Shown here: piece after piece, positions 29,045 to 38,787 of the stretch
Numbering within the stretch: position 1 is the first letter of the stretch
Layout of the letters: every line of letters starts with the position of its first letter
From: Acidobacteriota bacterium
GTDB taxonomy: Bacteria > Acidobacteriota > UBA6911 > RPQK01 > JAJDTT01
DNA length: 64,000 nt
Reading direction: 5' to 3'
NCBI GenBank assembly: GCA_965217775.1
Contig: CBDCJH010000002.1
Span: 2,272,001-2,336,000 of the forward strand
Made by a program: the position numbers and the translations under genes
The notes under the pieces: model-generated
The model's database searches: none
What the model saw: only the letters and a program-made list of their open reading frames with translations
Told to the model about the DNA's origin: nothing

Positions 29045-30100
29045 TCAAACGCTCGTCGAGACGTAAAGCTCCAGATCGACACTCTCGGCGCCGATGCGGA
29101 ACCGGTCCGGGAAACGGGCGGTCCTCCGGAATCCCGCTTCACGGGCCAACTTCAACTTGGCGTCGTCGCAGGAGGCGAAGCGGGCCTCTACAGTCTGGAC
29201 GCCTCCTTCGCGGGCCTGGTTCAGAACGGCCGTCAGCAGTTCATGTCCCTGATCCAGGTACTCGGGCCGGATCAGGAAGTCGAGACGCCCCACGTGCGCC
29301 TGGAAGGGAGCAGGTTCGGGAAGCAGCGCGGCCAGCCCCACGATGCGCTCCCGGCTCGTCTCCAGCACCTGCACCGATCCCCCGGGCCGCTCCGCCCGGA
29401 GCATGAGCGCGGGGAAGATGGAAAAATACCGGAGTTTCTTCAGGGAGGGATGGATGATGAGGCCTTCCTGGTAGTCCTGGACCAGCCCGGGATGGGGAGC
29501 GGCGTACAGGGCCGCGACCCTTGAGGCGTCGCTCCAGACGGCAGGCCGGACATCGGCGGGTCCGGTTCGCGCAAACAGCCTCCGTTCGAATCCCTTCGCC
29601 TCGGTGCCGGGACTCAGGCGCCGCATCACGTGTCCGTTGTAATCCCGAAACCCGTATTTCTCGTAAACGTGATGGGCGATGGGATTCCCGGTCCCCAGCA
29701 GCATGCAGACTCCTCCCCGGTCCTGGAACCACTGGACCGCCAGCCGGGTCAGGTGCGAGCTGATTCCCTTCCCCCGTTGGGCCGGATCGGTGAAGACCCA
29801 GCCGAGGCTCCCCACCTCGGGGCAGTCCCGGGAGACCTGGCAGCCCACGTCCCCGGCGATCCTCCCGTCGAGGCGCCCCAGGAAGAGGGGGTCCAAGCCG
29901 GTTTCGGCGAACCGGCCCTGGAGGCACCGCTTCAGGTAGAGGGACTCGGCCACGGAGGCCCACGAGTCCAGGGTCTCGACCTGGATCACGAAGCGGGTGA
30001 TCTCCGCCGCCAGCGAGGCGGGAACCTGGGGTCCCGGCTCGAAGTACTCGATCGAGAGCGTCTCACCGCTCTTCAACTTGCAACTTGGGATGGTCTTCAC
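29045..30100 (-). CDS. GNAT family N-acetyltransferase (tandem GNAT-like domains)
   Basis: VFTDPAQRGKGIS motif A and YEKYGF; second degenerate domain ending AREAGF; GTG start is inferred. Confidence 0.85.
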   Translation of the reverse strand: MKTIPSCKLKSGETLSIEYFEPGPQVPASLAAEITRFVIQVETLDSWASVAESLYLKRCLQGRFAETGLDPLFLGRLDGRIAGDVGCQVSRDCPEVGSLGWVFTDPAQRGKGISSHLTRLAVQWFQDRGGVCMLLGTGNPIAHHVYEKYGFRDYNGHVMRRLSPGTEAKGFERRLFARTGPADVRPAVWSDASRVAALYAAPHPGLVQDYQEGLIIHPSLKKLRYFSIFPALMLRAERPGGSVQVLETSRERIVGLAALLPEPAPFQAHVGRLDFLIRPEYLDQGHELLTAVLNQAREGGVQTVEARFASCDDAKLKLAREAGFRRTARFPDRFRIGAESVDLELYVSTSV

Positions 30101-30134
30101 GGTATCGGCTCGAACGGGCTCGACTCCGGGACCT

Positions 30135-31184
30135 TCAGCGCCGTTTCTTGGGTGGTAGCCACCGGACCACACCCATGTGGTAGCGGCGGTGGTCATGAAT
30201 TCCGTCGCTGTAGTACGCCGTCACCAACATTTCATCCGCCAACTGCACCGTGGCGGGATAACCGCCGTCGCCGGTTCCCTCCAGATGGAGCAGATGTTCG
30301 GGGGCACCCCAGGTCCTGCCGTCATCGGAGCTGACGCGGTAGCCGACTCCCTTGTGGCCTGCCTCCCGGATCCCGTAAGTCAGGATCACCCGCCCGTCGT
30401 AGAGCTGAAGCAGATGAGCCGGGTGGTGACGCGACGGCGTCAGCGTTCCTCCAGGCGCCCAGCTCCTGGCCTCGTCTTCCGAGCTGAACAGTTCCAGGTG
30501 ACCGTCTCCATGAGTCCGGATCGCCGCCAGCCAGCGGCCGCTCTGGAGTCGGATCAGGGCCGTTTCGTTGTAGTCGTCCTCGGCGATGACCGCGTTCTCC
30601 GTCCAGCTCCGCCCGTCGTCGCGGCTGAAGACCACGTAGGCGGTAGAACCGGCGGGCGGGATATGAGGCAGTCTCCAGGAGTAGCCGGGAGCGACCAGGA
30701 TGTTCCCTGGGGCCTGGACGATGTCTCCAAAGGGGATGAGATTTTGGACCCCTTCGGGCAGGGTAACGCCGGAACTCTGCTCCCAGGTCCGCCCGCCGTC
30801 GCTGGAACGGCACACCAGGGACGGCAGAATCCGCTCGCGGAAGCCGGCGCCCCCCCAGCCGGAAGCCAGCACCACCACCGACCCGTCGTGGGCCGCGCCG
30901 GCGGCCACGTTCATGCGGTTCGAGCCGTCCTCGTGGGGAGCCACGACACCTCCCCGTTCCCACATCCGGCCTCCGTCGGTGCTGACCCACGACTCCACGT
31001 CTCCCTCTCCCTTGCCGTGATGGGGTTGGTTGAAGATGGTGGCGGTCAGGGTGCCGTCCTTGAGCAGCGTCAGGTTGGGCCAGGCGCAGACGTTGTCCAC
31101 CGACACGTACCGCTCCAAAGGTTGGGCCGGCAGAAGCGTGAACATGCTACAGACCAGGATGCAGATGGGGAGAATTCGGCTCAC
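30135..31184 (-). CDS. BNR/Asp-box sialidase-like exported glycosidase
   Basis: Asp-boxes STDGGRMW, SSDGGRTW, SRDDGRSW and SSDDGRTW; C-terminal GYP; signal peptide. Start may be 31184 (GTG) or 31274. Confidence 0.8.
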   Translation of the reverse strand: MSRILPICILVCSMFTLLPAQPLERYVSVDNVCAWPNLTLLKDGTLTATIFNQPHHGKGEGDVESWVSTDGGRMWERGGVVAPHEDGSNRMNVAAGAAHDGSVVVLASGWGGAGFRERILPSLVCRSSDGGRTWEQSSGVTLPEGVQNLIPFGDIVQAPGNILVAPGYSWRLPHIPPAGSTAYVVFSRDDGRSWTENAVIAEDDYNETALIRLQSGRWLAAIRTHGDGHLELFSSEDEARSWAPGGTLTPSRHHPAHLLQLYDGRVILTYGIREAGHKGVGYRVSSDDGRTWGAPEHLLHLEGTGDGGYPATVQLADEMLVTAYYSDGIHDHRRYHMGVVRWLPPKKRR

Positions 31185-31270
31185 GATGGACCTCGCTCGT
31201 GGTTGAATGCCCTCCGGCCTGAACCGGAGGCAAGCGTGAATGGAAAGGGAATTGGGAGCCGGACTCTCGC

Positions 31271-32410
31271 TCATTGGTAGGCGATGTTGCCGTCGGGCTC
31301 GATGACGAAGGGCCGATGCCATTTCTTGAGCGGATTGCCGGCAAAGGCCTTCTCGTTGAGTTCGACTCCCAGTCCCGGATCCTGGGGCAACTCCAGGTAG
31401 CCGCCCACCCGTTTCATGGGCTCCAGGACCAAGTTTCGCATGGGACCCCGGCTGTCGTCCCGGTATTCCAGAATGATGAAATTGGGCGTCGAAGCGGCAA
31501 AGTGGGTCGACACGGCCGTGGAGACGGGACCCAGCGGGCTGTGCGGAGCGATGGTCAGGTACTCGGCCTCGGCCATGGCGGCGATCTTCTTGGACTCCAT
31601 GAGCCCGCCGCACAGCAGCAGGTCCGGTTGCAGAATGTCGGCGGCTTCGGCCGCGATCACGTCCCGGAACTCGTACTTGGTATAGAGCATCTCCCCGGTG
31701 GCGATGGGAATGGGGATCTTCCGGTGCAGTCTCCCCATGGCCTCGATGTTCTCGGGCCGGAGCGGCTCTTCGAAGAACATGGGATGGTAGGGCTCGACCG
31801 CTTCGGCCATCTGCAGGGCCCGGACCGGCTCGAAGATCCGGGCATGGGGATCCAGCCCCACGTCCAGGTCGTCGCCTGCGGCCTTGCGAACCGCCTCCAG
31901 CCTCGCCGCCGTCCCCCGGAGCACCTGGTCCCAGGGGAGCTTCTCGGCGTGGGGTGGTTGCGGAGCCATCTTGACGGCGGTGAACCCCTGGTCCACGGCC
32001 CGCTTGGCCGCGTTGGCCACCTCGCGCGGTGTGCTTCCGCCGATGCCCAGATAGACCCGGACCTTATCCCGGCAGCGGCCGCCGATCAGTTCATAGACGG
32101 GGACCCCCAGGGCCTTGCCCTTCAGGTCCCAGCAGGCGATCTCGATGCCGCTGATGGCAGCGTTCAGGATGGAGCCTCCCGGGAACCGGGAGCCGTTGTA
32201 GAGGAGGCGCCAGATGTACTCGATCCGAGTCGGGTCCTGGCCCAGGATCCAGTCCTTGAAGTAGTGGACCGCCTCCTCCACCGCATGGTCCGGACCGACG
32301 CGGTAAGCCTCGCCGACCCCGTGCAGATGCTCGTCGGTCAGGATCTTGACGAAGACGTGGTTGCCGTCTCCCAGGTTCACGCCGAAGGTCTGGACGTCGA
32401 TGATCTTCAT
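31271..32410 (-). CDS. Mandelate racemase/galactonate dehydratase family enzyme (DgoD-like)
   Basis: AISGIEIACWDLKGK, GFTAVKM, DPHAR, FFEEP, ATGE, QPD and APH. Confidence 0.9.
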   Translation of the reverse strand: MKIIDVQTFGVNLGDGNHVFVKILTDEHLHGVGEAYRVGPDHAVEEAVHYFKDWILGQDPTRIEYIWRLLYNGSRFPGGSILNAAISGIEIACWDLKGKALGVPVYELIGGRCRDKVRVYLGIGGSTPREVANAAKRAVDQGFTAVKMAPQPPHAEKLPWDQVLRGTAARLEAVRKAAGDDLDVGLDPHARIFEPVRALQMAEAVEPYHPMFFEEPLRPENIEAMGRLHRKIPIPIATGEMLYTKYEFRDVIAAEAADILQPDLLLCGGLMESKKIAAMAEAEYLTIAPHSPLGPVSTAVSTHFAASTPNFIILEYRDDSRGPMRNLVLEPMKRVGGYLELPQDPGLGVELNEKAFAGNPLKKWHRPFVIEPDGNIAYQ

Positions 32411-32422
32411 GGTCCTCCTCGA

Positions 32423-32680
32423 CTACAGCTTCCGGATGGTGTCGCCGATCCGGATTCTTTCCGCCTCCACCACGTCAGCGAAGCATCCACGCAGCCGGAG
32501 GTCCTTCGAACCGGGCCCGTTGACGAACTTCAGGGCGTCGGCACCGTAACGGGTCGAGAATTTCTTGCAGCCCCGGTGAGGAACCTCCGAAACCTCCGGA
32601 AACACCCGTCCGACCTGGAACCAAAGCCGTCACCAGGTTTTCGATGGGAAATTGTACATCAAATATTCCATGGCCCGTTG
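32423..32680 (-). pseudogene. Truncated/frameshifted MOSC-domain gene
   Basis: EVPHRGCKKFSTRYGADAL...RLRG..A.VV...I.IGD.I is a MOSC-type C-terminus; the preceding PIENL segment lies in another frame and the N-terminus is missing. Confidence 0.65.
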
Positions 32681-32852
32681 ACACAGGGAAAGTCTGTCTG
32701 ATTGAGTCACTCGATAAATCCAAGTTTTTGATTTTTTGCCTTTTTTTGCCTCTTGGAAATTCAATTTATTGGATCAAGAGGGTTGATCGCGGGGGCTGCC
32801 CAGTTGACATAAGTAAAGAAATGACTCCACTTAGTCAGCTTCTTGAGTAACG

Positions 32853-32868
32853 TGGCACCATTCTTGCT
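32853..32868 (+). promoter_or_regulatory. Sigma54 (-24/-12) promoter
   Basis: TGGCACCATTCTTGCT with GG at 32854-55 and GC at 32866-67 (canonical spacing), upstream of the TonB receptor. Confidence 0.7.
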
Positions 32869-32892
32869 GAATTTGGGCCGATATTATTAACA

Positions 32893-32910
32893 TTGCTAGT
32901 GATCTAGCAA
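32893..32910. promoter_or_regulatory. Palindromic operator-like site
   Basis: TTGCTAG-TGAT-CTAGCAA, a perfect 7-bp inverted repeat in the AT-rich leader. Confidence 0.4.
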
Positions 32911-32922
32911 GTTCTTTTCCAA

Positions 32923-33083
32923 CAGCCCGTGGTAAAAGTCGGCACGGCATTCGGTCGGGGCTGCATCCCGGCCCACTTCATTAACTCCTTGATCACATAC
33001 GGTCGAGTATGCTGCCTCGCCGCGCCTTGTCCGGCGGGCGCAGCCCCCGTCTCGGTGCTATGCGGGACTATCACCACAGACTG
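32923..33083. mobile_element. IS1182-type MITE (161 bp)
   Basis: Left end CAGCCCGTGGTAAAAGTC matches the IS1182 terminus at 55373 at 17/18; the reverse-complemented right end matches the left end at 14/18; flanked by CAA on both sides. Confidence 0.65.
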
Positions 33084-33186
33084 CAAGAACAAGCCAAAAA
33101 TCGGCTCGTTGTCTCACTGAGTCTGCCAGGAGCGTGATTTTGCCATCTGGGCGGACATTTTAATTCGCCAAAGGGAGGACGCAGCG

Positions 33187-36100
33187 ATGTGGACCGCAAA
33201 TTACAGGACCGTGATCGCAATCTGTGTGTTTTGCCTGATGGGTGCCGGCTCGGCGTTGTTGGCTCAGGGGCATCGGGCCATTATCTCGGGCCTGGTCGTC
33301 GACGCGAGTGGCGCCAGTGTCCCGGGAGCCGAGGTGAGGGTCATCCATCAATCCACCAACATTGCCCGCAATACGATTACCAGCGACAGCGGTTACTACG
33401 AGGCCCCGGGACTGCTGCCCGGCCAGTACCGGATTGAGGCCGCACTCGAGGGCTTCAAAACCGCTGTGGTCGAGGACATACCCGTCGCCAGCAACGAGCG
33501 GGTGCGGGTTGACCTCAGTCTCGACGTAGGGGAGGTCGAAGACAGCGTGACGGTGACCTCCGATCCCACGCTTCTCCAGTCGGCGGATGCCGATCTGGGC
33601 GTCGCCTTTGGGCAGAAGCCGCTCACCTCGCTGCCCATCGGCCAGGGAAACCCCACTTATCTGTTCCTGCTTTCACCCTCGGCCGACTCAGCTGCAGGGT
33701 ACGGCAACTTCAGTATGAACCAGGAGCCCTATCAGCGGGCTGGATCCGGTCTGGTCCGGTTCAACGGAATGCCCACGGGAACTGCAGAGTTTACAATGGA
33801 CGGAACTCCCAACACCCAGCGAAACAATGCGGTCGACGGCGGTGCCGTTTCCTTTAATGCGACCACGGAACTGGTCAAGGAAGTGCGCATCCAAACCACC
33901 ACCTTCGATGCCAGTGTGGGGCATACCGGCAGTACGACCGTTGACGTCATCATGAAAACGGGCACCAATGACTATCACGGTGAGGCCTTTTACTTCGGGC
34001 GCCATGACATGTTCAACGCGAACAGCTGGGTCCGCAACCGGGCTGGACAGGATAGAAGCAGTTTTCCCTACAAGCGTTACGGTTTTACAGGAGGAGGTCC
34101 GGTTATCAAGGACAAGACCTTCTTCTTTCTGGGCTGGACCCATTGGGAACAGGTCAGGTTCGGTGACTCTCAGGCAACCGTACCCAGAGCGGCACATAAG
34201 TCCGGCGACTTTTCGGACCTGCTGGCACTGGACCCAGAATATCAGCTCTACGACCCAATGACCGCGGTTCTGAACGCGGAGGGGCGAGTCGAGCGCCAAC
34301 CTTTCCCCAACAATATCATTCCATCCAGTCGCATCCACCCGATTGCAGCACCCCTCCTCGGGTTCTTCCTTGCCCCCAACAATTCGAGTGGGGCGAGTTC
34401 GGACGGCTTTCGCAACTATCTTTACGACAAAGGCTATACCCCGCTTCCCAGAACGGACCGGCACACGGTTCTTCGAATCGACCATGACTTGAACGATTCG
34501 CACACACTGTTTGGCAGGTATCTCAATTCGGACGGTCCTTCCAGCGGGTGGACCATGTTCGACAACCACCCGGGAGGTCCGGGCTGCGAGTGCGTCGACG
34601 TGCACGGTACGCGACACCAGATTTGGAATTTCTCGGTCGGCGACGTTTGGACCATCAACCCCACTTTCGTGGCTGACTTTCGCGCCACGAACAATCGGCA
34701 TACCTCAAGGGCTCGGAACAACGCGGGGGGACTGACCTGGGCGGATCTCCCCACCAACATGTCCCAGTTCGTCGACGTCGAGTTTACGGGTTTTCCCTAC
34801 GTTTCAATCACCGGTTACCCCAAACTGAGTAACCTTCCCGGTGGCCACAACGGGTTTACCAATTTCGATCCGGGCCTCCAGGTTGATGAGATTCGAAGCG
34901 CCTCCGCCCATTTCACCCAGATTTCAGGGAACCACAGTTTCAGGTTTGGGGCCGACTGGAGGGGCTATGTCTACAACTCCGTTCGAAGCGATCAAGCCCG
35001 AACTTTCTTCACCGGTCAATTCAGCAGTGGTCCCTTCGACAACTCCCCGCCCCCTCCGCGGGGCCACGGTCTGGCAGACTTTCTGTTGGGCCTCCATTCC
35101 TCCACCAACCGGAACGTACGTGCCGATTATGCGAATTATTCCACCTATACAGGCATCTATCTCCAAGACGACTGGAAAGTCACACCCCGACTCACCGTGA
35201 ACCTCGGGCTCCGGTGGGAGCGCGAAGGTCCCCCCACCGAGATGCATGACCAGGCACTGACACGATGGGCGGCCGACGTGGAGAATCCTGTCTCGGCAGC
35301 GGTCCAGGCAAATTATGCCAAGAACCCGATTCAGGAAATCCCGGTGGATCAGTTTCGGCTGATGGGAGGCGTGCTCTTTGCCGGAGTTGATGGAGAACCC
35401 CGCACCGTCTACGACTCTGACAACAACAACTTTTCTCCGCGGACCGGCGCGGCCTACCGCTTGAACGACAACACGGTCCTGAAAGGCGGCTACTCGCGTA
35501 CTTTCATCCCCCTCAACCAGCGTCACTTCGCTGCCCGTTTTCCGATTGCCGGATTCGACACGAGCACATTCGCCTTTTCCAGCACCGACGGAGGCTTGAC
35601 CTTTCCGGGCTCTCTGAACGATCTCTTCCCGGGTGGCTTAAACCAACCCCGGGGGTCCAGCGACGGACTGATGACCAATCTGGGCCAGCTCATCTGGATG
35701 AACCACGGGGTCGATCGAAGTACCACAAACCCCTATGCTCACCAGTTTCAGTTGGGCATCCAACGCAGATTGTCGCCCAACGCCACCGTGGAAGTGCGTT
35801 ATGTGGGGAACCGGACGAGGGACTTCGGCATTTCCAACAACGACCATAACCGGCTGCCGGGGCAGTACTTGACCAGATCGATAGAGCGGGATCAGGCCCA
35901 TATCGACTACATGACGGCGCGGGTCCCGAATCCGTTCCAGGGAGTCGAGGGTGTGGGTGGTTCTCTGGGAGTGGCGTCGACCATCCAACGCCAGGCTCTG
36001 CTGCGACCCTATCCCCATATCAGCGGGCTTCGCTCGTGGGCCGACAAGGTAGGCTCGACCGACTACGATGCCATGCAGGTAGAATTCCGGGCCCAGGACC

Positions 36101-36753
36101 TTGGGGGCTGGGACGTTCAGAGCAGTTACACCTGGGGTAAGACCATGGAGGAGCTGCAGTTTCTCAATGGTTTCGGAATTGACCCGGGGCCGGAAAGGAC
36201 GATCGGCATCAACGACCGTCCCCATGTCCTTCGCTTTGCGGGCACCTTCAGCTTCCCCTTCGGCAAGGGCCAGCGTTTTGGACCAAAGTCGGGCCTTGCC
36301 AGTCACCTGATCAGTGGGTGGAGTGCAACCTTCATTGGGTTCGCGCAGAGTGGAATCCCCATGAAATGGGGGAATATTATTTTCCGGGGCAACATCAGGA
36401 ACATCCCGGTTGGCCAGCATGAGGCGACCCGAATGTTCAACCAGAATGCCGGGTTTGAGAGGAGCTCCGCCAAACAGCCCGCCTACAATCTGCGCACCTT
36501 TCCCCTTCGTCTTTCCGGGGTCCGGGATCAGGCGCCCACGGACGTGGGTTTGACTCTTGTCAAGAACACTTACATCGGCGAGCGGTTTCAGGCCCAGTTT
36601 CGGTTGGAAGCCTACAATCTCCTCAATTCGCACTACTTCTGGGGCGCCCACCGCAACGCGGTCAATACGAACCCCAGGAGCAGCGGGTTTGGGACGCAAG
36701 GCTTCTCCTCGGGTCCGCGAATCGTCCAGTTTGGCGTGAAGTTCATTTTCTGA
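33187..36753 (+). CDS. TonB-dependent receptor, Oar-like with carboxypeptidase-regulatory N-domain
   Basis: ISGLVVDASGASVPGAEV, YLQDDWKVTPRLTVNLGLRWE, NNFSPRTG and C-terminal PRIVQFGVKFIF; RBS GGAGG. Confidence 0.95.
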   Translation: MWTANYRTVIAICVFCLMGAGSALLAQGHRAIISGLVVDASGASVPGAEVRVIHQSTNIARNTITSDSGYYEAPGLLPGQYRIEAALEGFKTAVVEDIPVASNERVRVDLSLDVGEVEDSVTVTSDPTLLQSADADLGVAFGQKPLTSLPIGQGNPTYLFLLSPSADSAAGYGNFSMNQEPYQRAGSGLVRFNGMPTGTAEFTMDGTPNTQRNNAVDGGAVSFNATTELVKEVRIQTTTFDASVGHTGSTTVDVIMKTGTNDYHGEAFYFGRHDMFNANSWVRNRAGQDRSSFPYKRYGFTGGGPVIKDKTFFFLGWTHWEQVRFGDSQATVPRAAHKSGDFSDLLALDPEYQLYDPMTAVLNAEGRVERQPFPNNIIPSSRIHPIAAPLLGFFLAPNNSSGASSDGFRNYLYDKGYTPLPRTDRHTVLRIDHDLNDSHTLFGRYLNSDGPSSGWTMFDNHPGGPGCECVDVHGTRHQIWNFSVGDVWTINPTFVADFRATNNRHTSRARNNAGGLTWADLPTNMSQFVDVEFTGFPYVSITGYPKLSNLPGGHNGFTNFDPGLQVDEIRSASAHFTQISGNHSFRFGADWRGYVYNSVRSDQARTFFTGQFSSGPFDNSPPPPRGHGLADFLLGLHSSTNRNVRADYANYSTYTGIYLQDDWKVTPRLTVNLGLRWEREGPPTEMHDQALTRWAADVENPVSAAVQANYAKNPIQEIPVDQFRLMGGVLFAGVDGEPRTVYDSDNNNFSPRTGAAYRLNDNTVLKGGYSRTFIPLNQRHFAARFPIAGFDTSTFAFSSTDGGLTFPGSLNDLFPGGLNQPRGSSDGLMTNLGQLIWMNHGVDRSTTNPYAHQFQLGIQRRLSPNATVEVRYVGNRTRDFGISNNDHNRLPGQYLTRSIERDQAHIDYMTARVPNPFQGVEGVGGSLGVASTIQRQALLRPYPHISGLRSWADKVGSTDYDAMQVEFRAQDLGGWDVQSSYTWGKTMEELQFLNGFGIDPGPERTIGINDRPHVLRFAGTFSFPFGKGQRFGPKSGLASHLISGWSATFIGFAQSGIPMKWGNIIFRGNIRNIPVGQHEATRMFNQNAGFERSSAKQPAYNLRTFPLRLSGVRDQAPTDVGLTLVKNTYIGERFQAQFRLEAYNLLNSHYFWGAHRNAVNTNPRSSGFGTQGFSSGPRIVQFGVKFIF

Positions 36754-36784
36754 ACCGGGATCAAAAGGTTGTAACTGGCAAGAC

Positions 36785-36820
36785 AAAAGCCGGCTATCAA
36801 ATTTGACGGCCGGCTTTTTT
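36785..36820 (+). terminator. Rho-independent terminator
   Basis: AAAAGCCGGC...GCCGGCTTTTTT downstream of the TonB receptor stop. Confidence 0.8.
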
Positions 36821-36913
36821 GGTGCGCCCAGCCGGGCCCGCTTCTGCGATTGAAGGACGGACGCGGGCCCTGCCTACCCAGAGCCCGTACCTTGGATTGG
36901 AAGGAGACTTGGA

Positions 36914-38590
36914 ATGCGAGCAATAGGGTTTGTCCTGCTGGCCATGCTGACGGGTCAGACGGCCCTGCCTGCCCAGAGCAACCCTCTGGACGTCGCCAGC
37001 CGAAGGCAGGTGTTCATCGACGAGCGTTTCCTGGAGGTTTCCGATGGCGTCGAGCTGGTCGTTCACCAGCCGACCAAGACGAACGAACTCACGATTGCGC
37101 CGGAACACCCCTGGGAAACCGTAATTTCCGGCTCCTCCACCGTCATCAAGGCAGGGGATGTCTACCACCTCTGGTACAGCGCCAGGGCTCCCAAGAAGAG
37201 GGATCCCGACACCGGCGAACCGATGTGGAACAAAGGGAGGTTTCAGAGTCTGGCTTATGCACGCTCGCAGGACGGGATTCACTGGGAAAAGCCCATGCTG
37301 GGTCTGGCTGAGATCTTCGGAAGCAAGGAGAACAACATCGTTCTTGGCTACGGTGCCGGTGGCGTCAAAGCGGGACTCATCGGCACCACTGTGTTTCTGG
37401 ACCCCAACGCAGTTGCCAAAGAGAGATTTCGCCAGTTGGCTTACGTCAGAAACCCCCCTGCGCTCCCCGCTTCCGCCCTGCACCTGTTTTCTTCGCCAGA
37501 CGGAATCCACTGGAGCCTCACCCGCAAATCCGTCATCGTTTTCGAGTCGAAAAAGCACCACCTGGATTCCCCAAATGTGATCTTTTGGGATGATCGCATC
37601 CACAAATATGCGGCCTACATCCGGCGAAATCTGCGTCCTCCCGGATCCCAGGGCAGGGCCGTGGCCCGCAGCGAATCGGACCATCTCGAACGGTTCATGA
37701 ATGCCGAAGTTACGCCTGTCGTACTGGCTGTCGATCACCTGGATCCCCACCACTACGATTCGAGGGAAGACCGTAATGTCCAGGTCATGGATTTGTATAC
37801 GAACGCCACTGTGAAGTATCCCTGGGCCCAGGACGCCTACTACATGTTCCCCTCGGCCTATTACCACTACCACAGCCGGTTCCTCCGCGAATTCGAAAAC
37901 GATCCGGTCTACGATTTCGAATCTTTCTGGGACAAGAAAGGAGAGACCATGCCTCGGGAAGGTCAGACGGCTGCCAACACGGGACCACTGGACATCCGGT
38001 TCGCAGCAAGCCGGGATGGAATCGACTGGCACCGATATGACCGCCGCGCCTTTGTGGACCTGGGCATGAAAGGCGAATTCGATTCAAAGTCCAACTACAT
38101 GATTCTCGGCCTGGTTCCCGCTCTCAACGGGCGCGAGATGTACATGTACTACAGCGGCAGCGATCAGATACATGCCTGGGGCTTTCAGCCTCAGAGCGAA
38201 GCGGTTCGAAGGGAGGGGCTGGGTCCCATTCGGAATATTCGAGCCCTCAGTCGGCTGGTTCTGCGGAGGGACGGGTTTATCTCCGTTCGAGCCTCGTACC
38301 CGGGAGGGCAGTTTACCACCCCCCTCCTGAAATTTGAGGGTCGGGAGCTGGTCTTGAACGTCGACACCTCAGCCTTGGGCACGCTCAGAGTAGAAATACT
38401 GGACGAGTTCGACAATCCCCTGGAAGGTTTTCGACTGGCGGACTGCGACCGTATTCACACCACCAACGAGATGAACCGGATCGTCACCTGGCACCGGCAG
38501 TCGGACCTGAGTCGTCTCGCCGGAAAGCCGATCCGACTCCGGTTCGTCATGAATGACACCGACCTGTACGCCTTCCAGTTCAGGCAGTGA
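36914..38590 (+). CDS. Secreted beta-propeller glycoside-hydrolase-like protein (paralogue 1)
   Basis: Signal peptide; SQDGIHWEKP, SPDGIHW, DSPNVIFWD, SRDGIDW, LRRDGF and DLYAFQF. Confidence 0.75.
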   Translation: MRAIGFVLLAMLTGQTALPAQSNPLDVASRRQVFIDERFLEVSDGVELVVHQPTKTNELTIAPEHPWETVISGSSTVIKAGDVYHLWYSARAPKKRDPDTGEPMWNKGRFQSLAYARSQDGIHWEKPMLGLAEIFGSKENNIVLGYGAGGVKAGLIGTTVFLDPNAVAKERFRQLAYVRNPPALPASALHLFSSPDGIHWSLTRKSVIVFESKKHHLDSPNVIFWDDRIHKYAAYIRRNLRPPGSQGRAVARSESDHLERFMNAEVTPVVLAVDHLDPHHYDSREDRNVQVMDLYTNATVKYPWAQDAYYMFPSAYYHYHSRFLREFENDPVYDFESFWDKKGETMPREGQTAANTGPLDIRFAASRDGIDWHRYDRRAFVDLGMKGEFDSKSNYMILGLVPALNGREMYMYYSGSDQIHAWGFQPQSEAVRREGLGPIRNIRALSRLVLRRDGFISVRASYPGGQFTTPLLKFEGRELVLNVDTSALGTLRVEILDEFDNPLEGFRLADCDRIHTTNEMNRIVTWHRQSDLSRLAGKPIRLRFVMNDTDLYAFQFRQ

Positions 38591-38787
38591 GGGGGCCTCC
38601 GACTTGTCAGCCCGAGGCGTTTGCCGATTTCCGCAATCTGCCGGACCAGAAAGATATTGACGCCGTCGGGGTCGTCACACCGGATCACCGGCACGCCATT
38701 CCGGCCGTTTGGGCCGGTCAAGCCGACTGTCCTCTCTTCGAATCCGGCAATTGAATTTACCTGCCAAAAACTACGAGGGAAACATCC

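Noticed and set aside
26296-29406. 1036-aa + strand ORF and other long antisense ORFs (for example 19669-22197, 22275-24620, 114-2006)
   Set aside because: Shadow ORFs opposite well-supported genes in high-GC DNA; no motifs.
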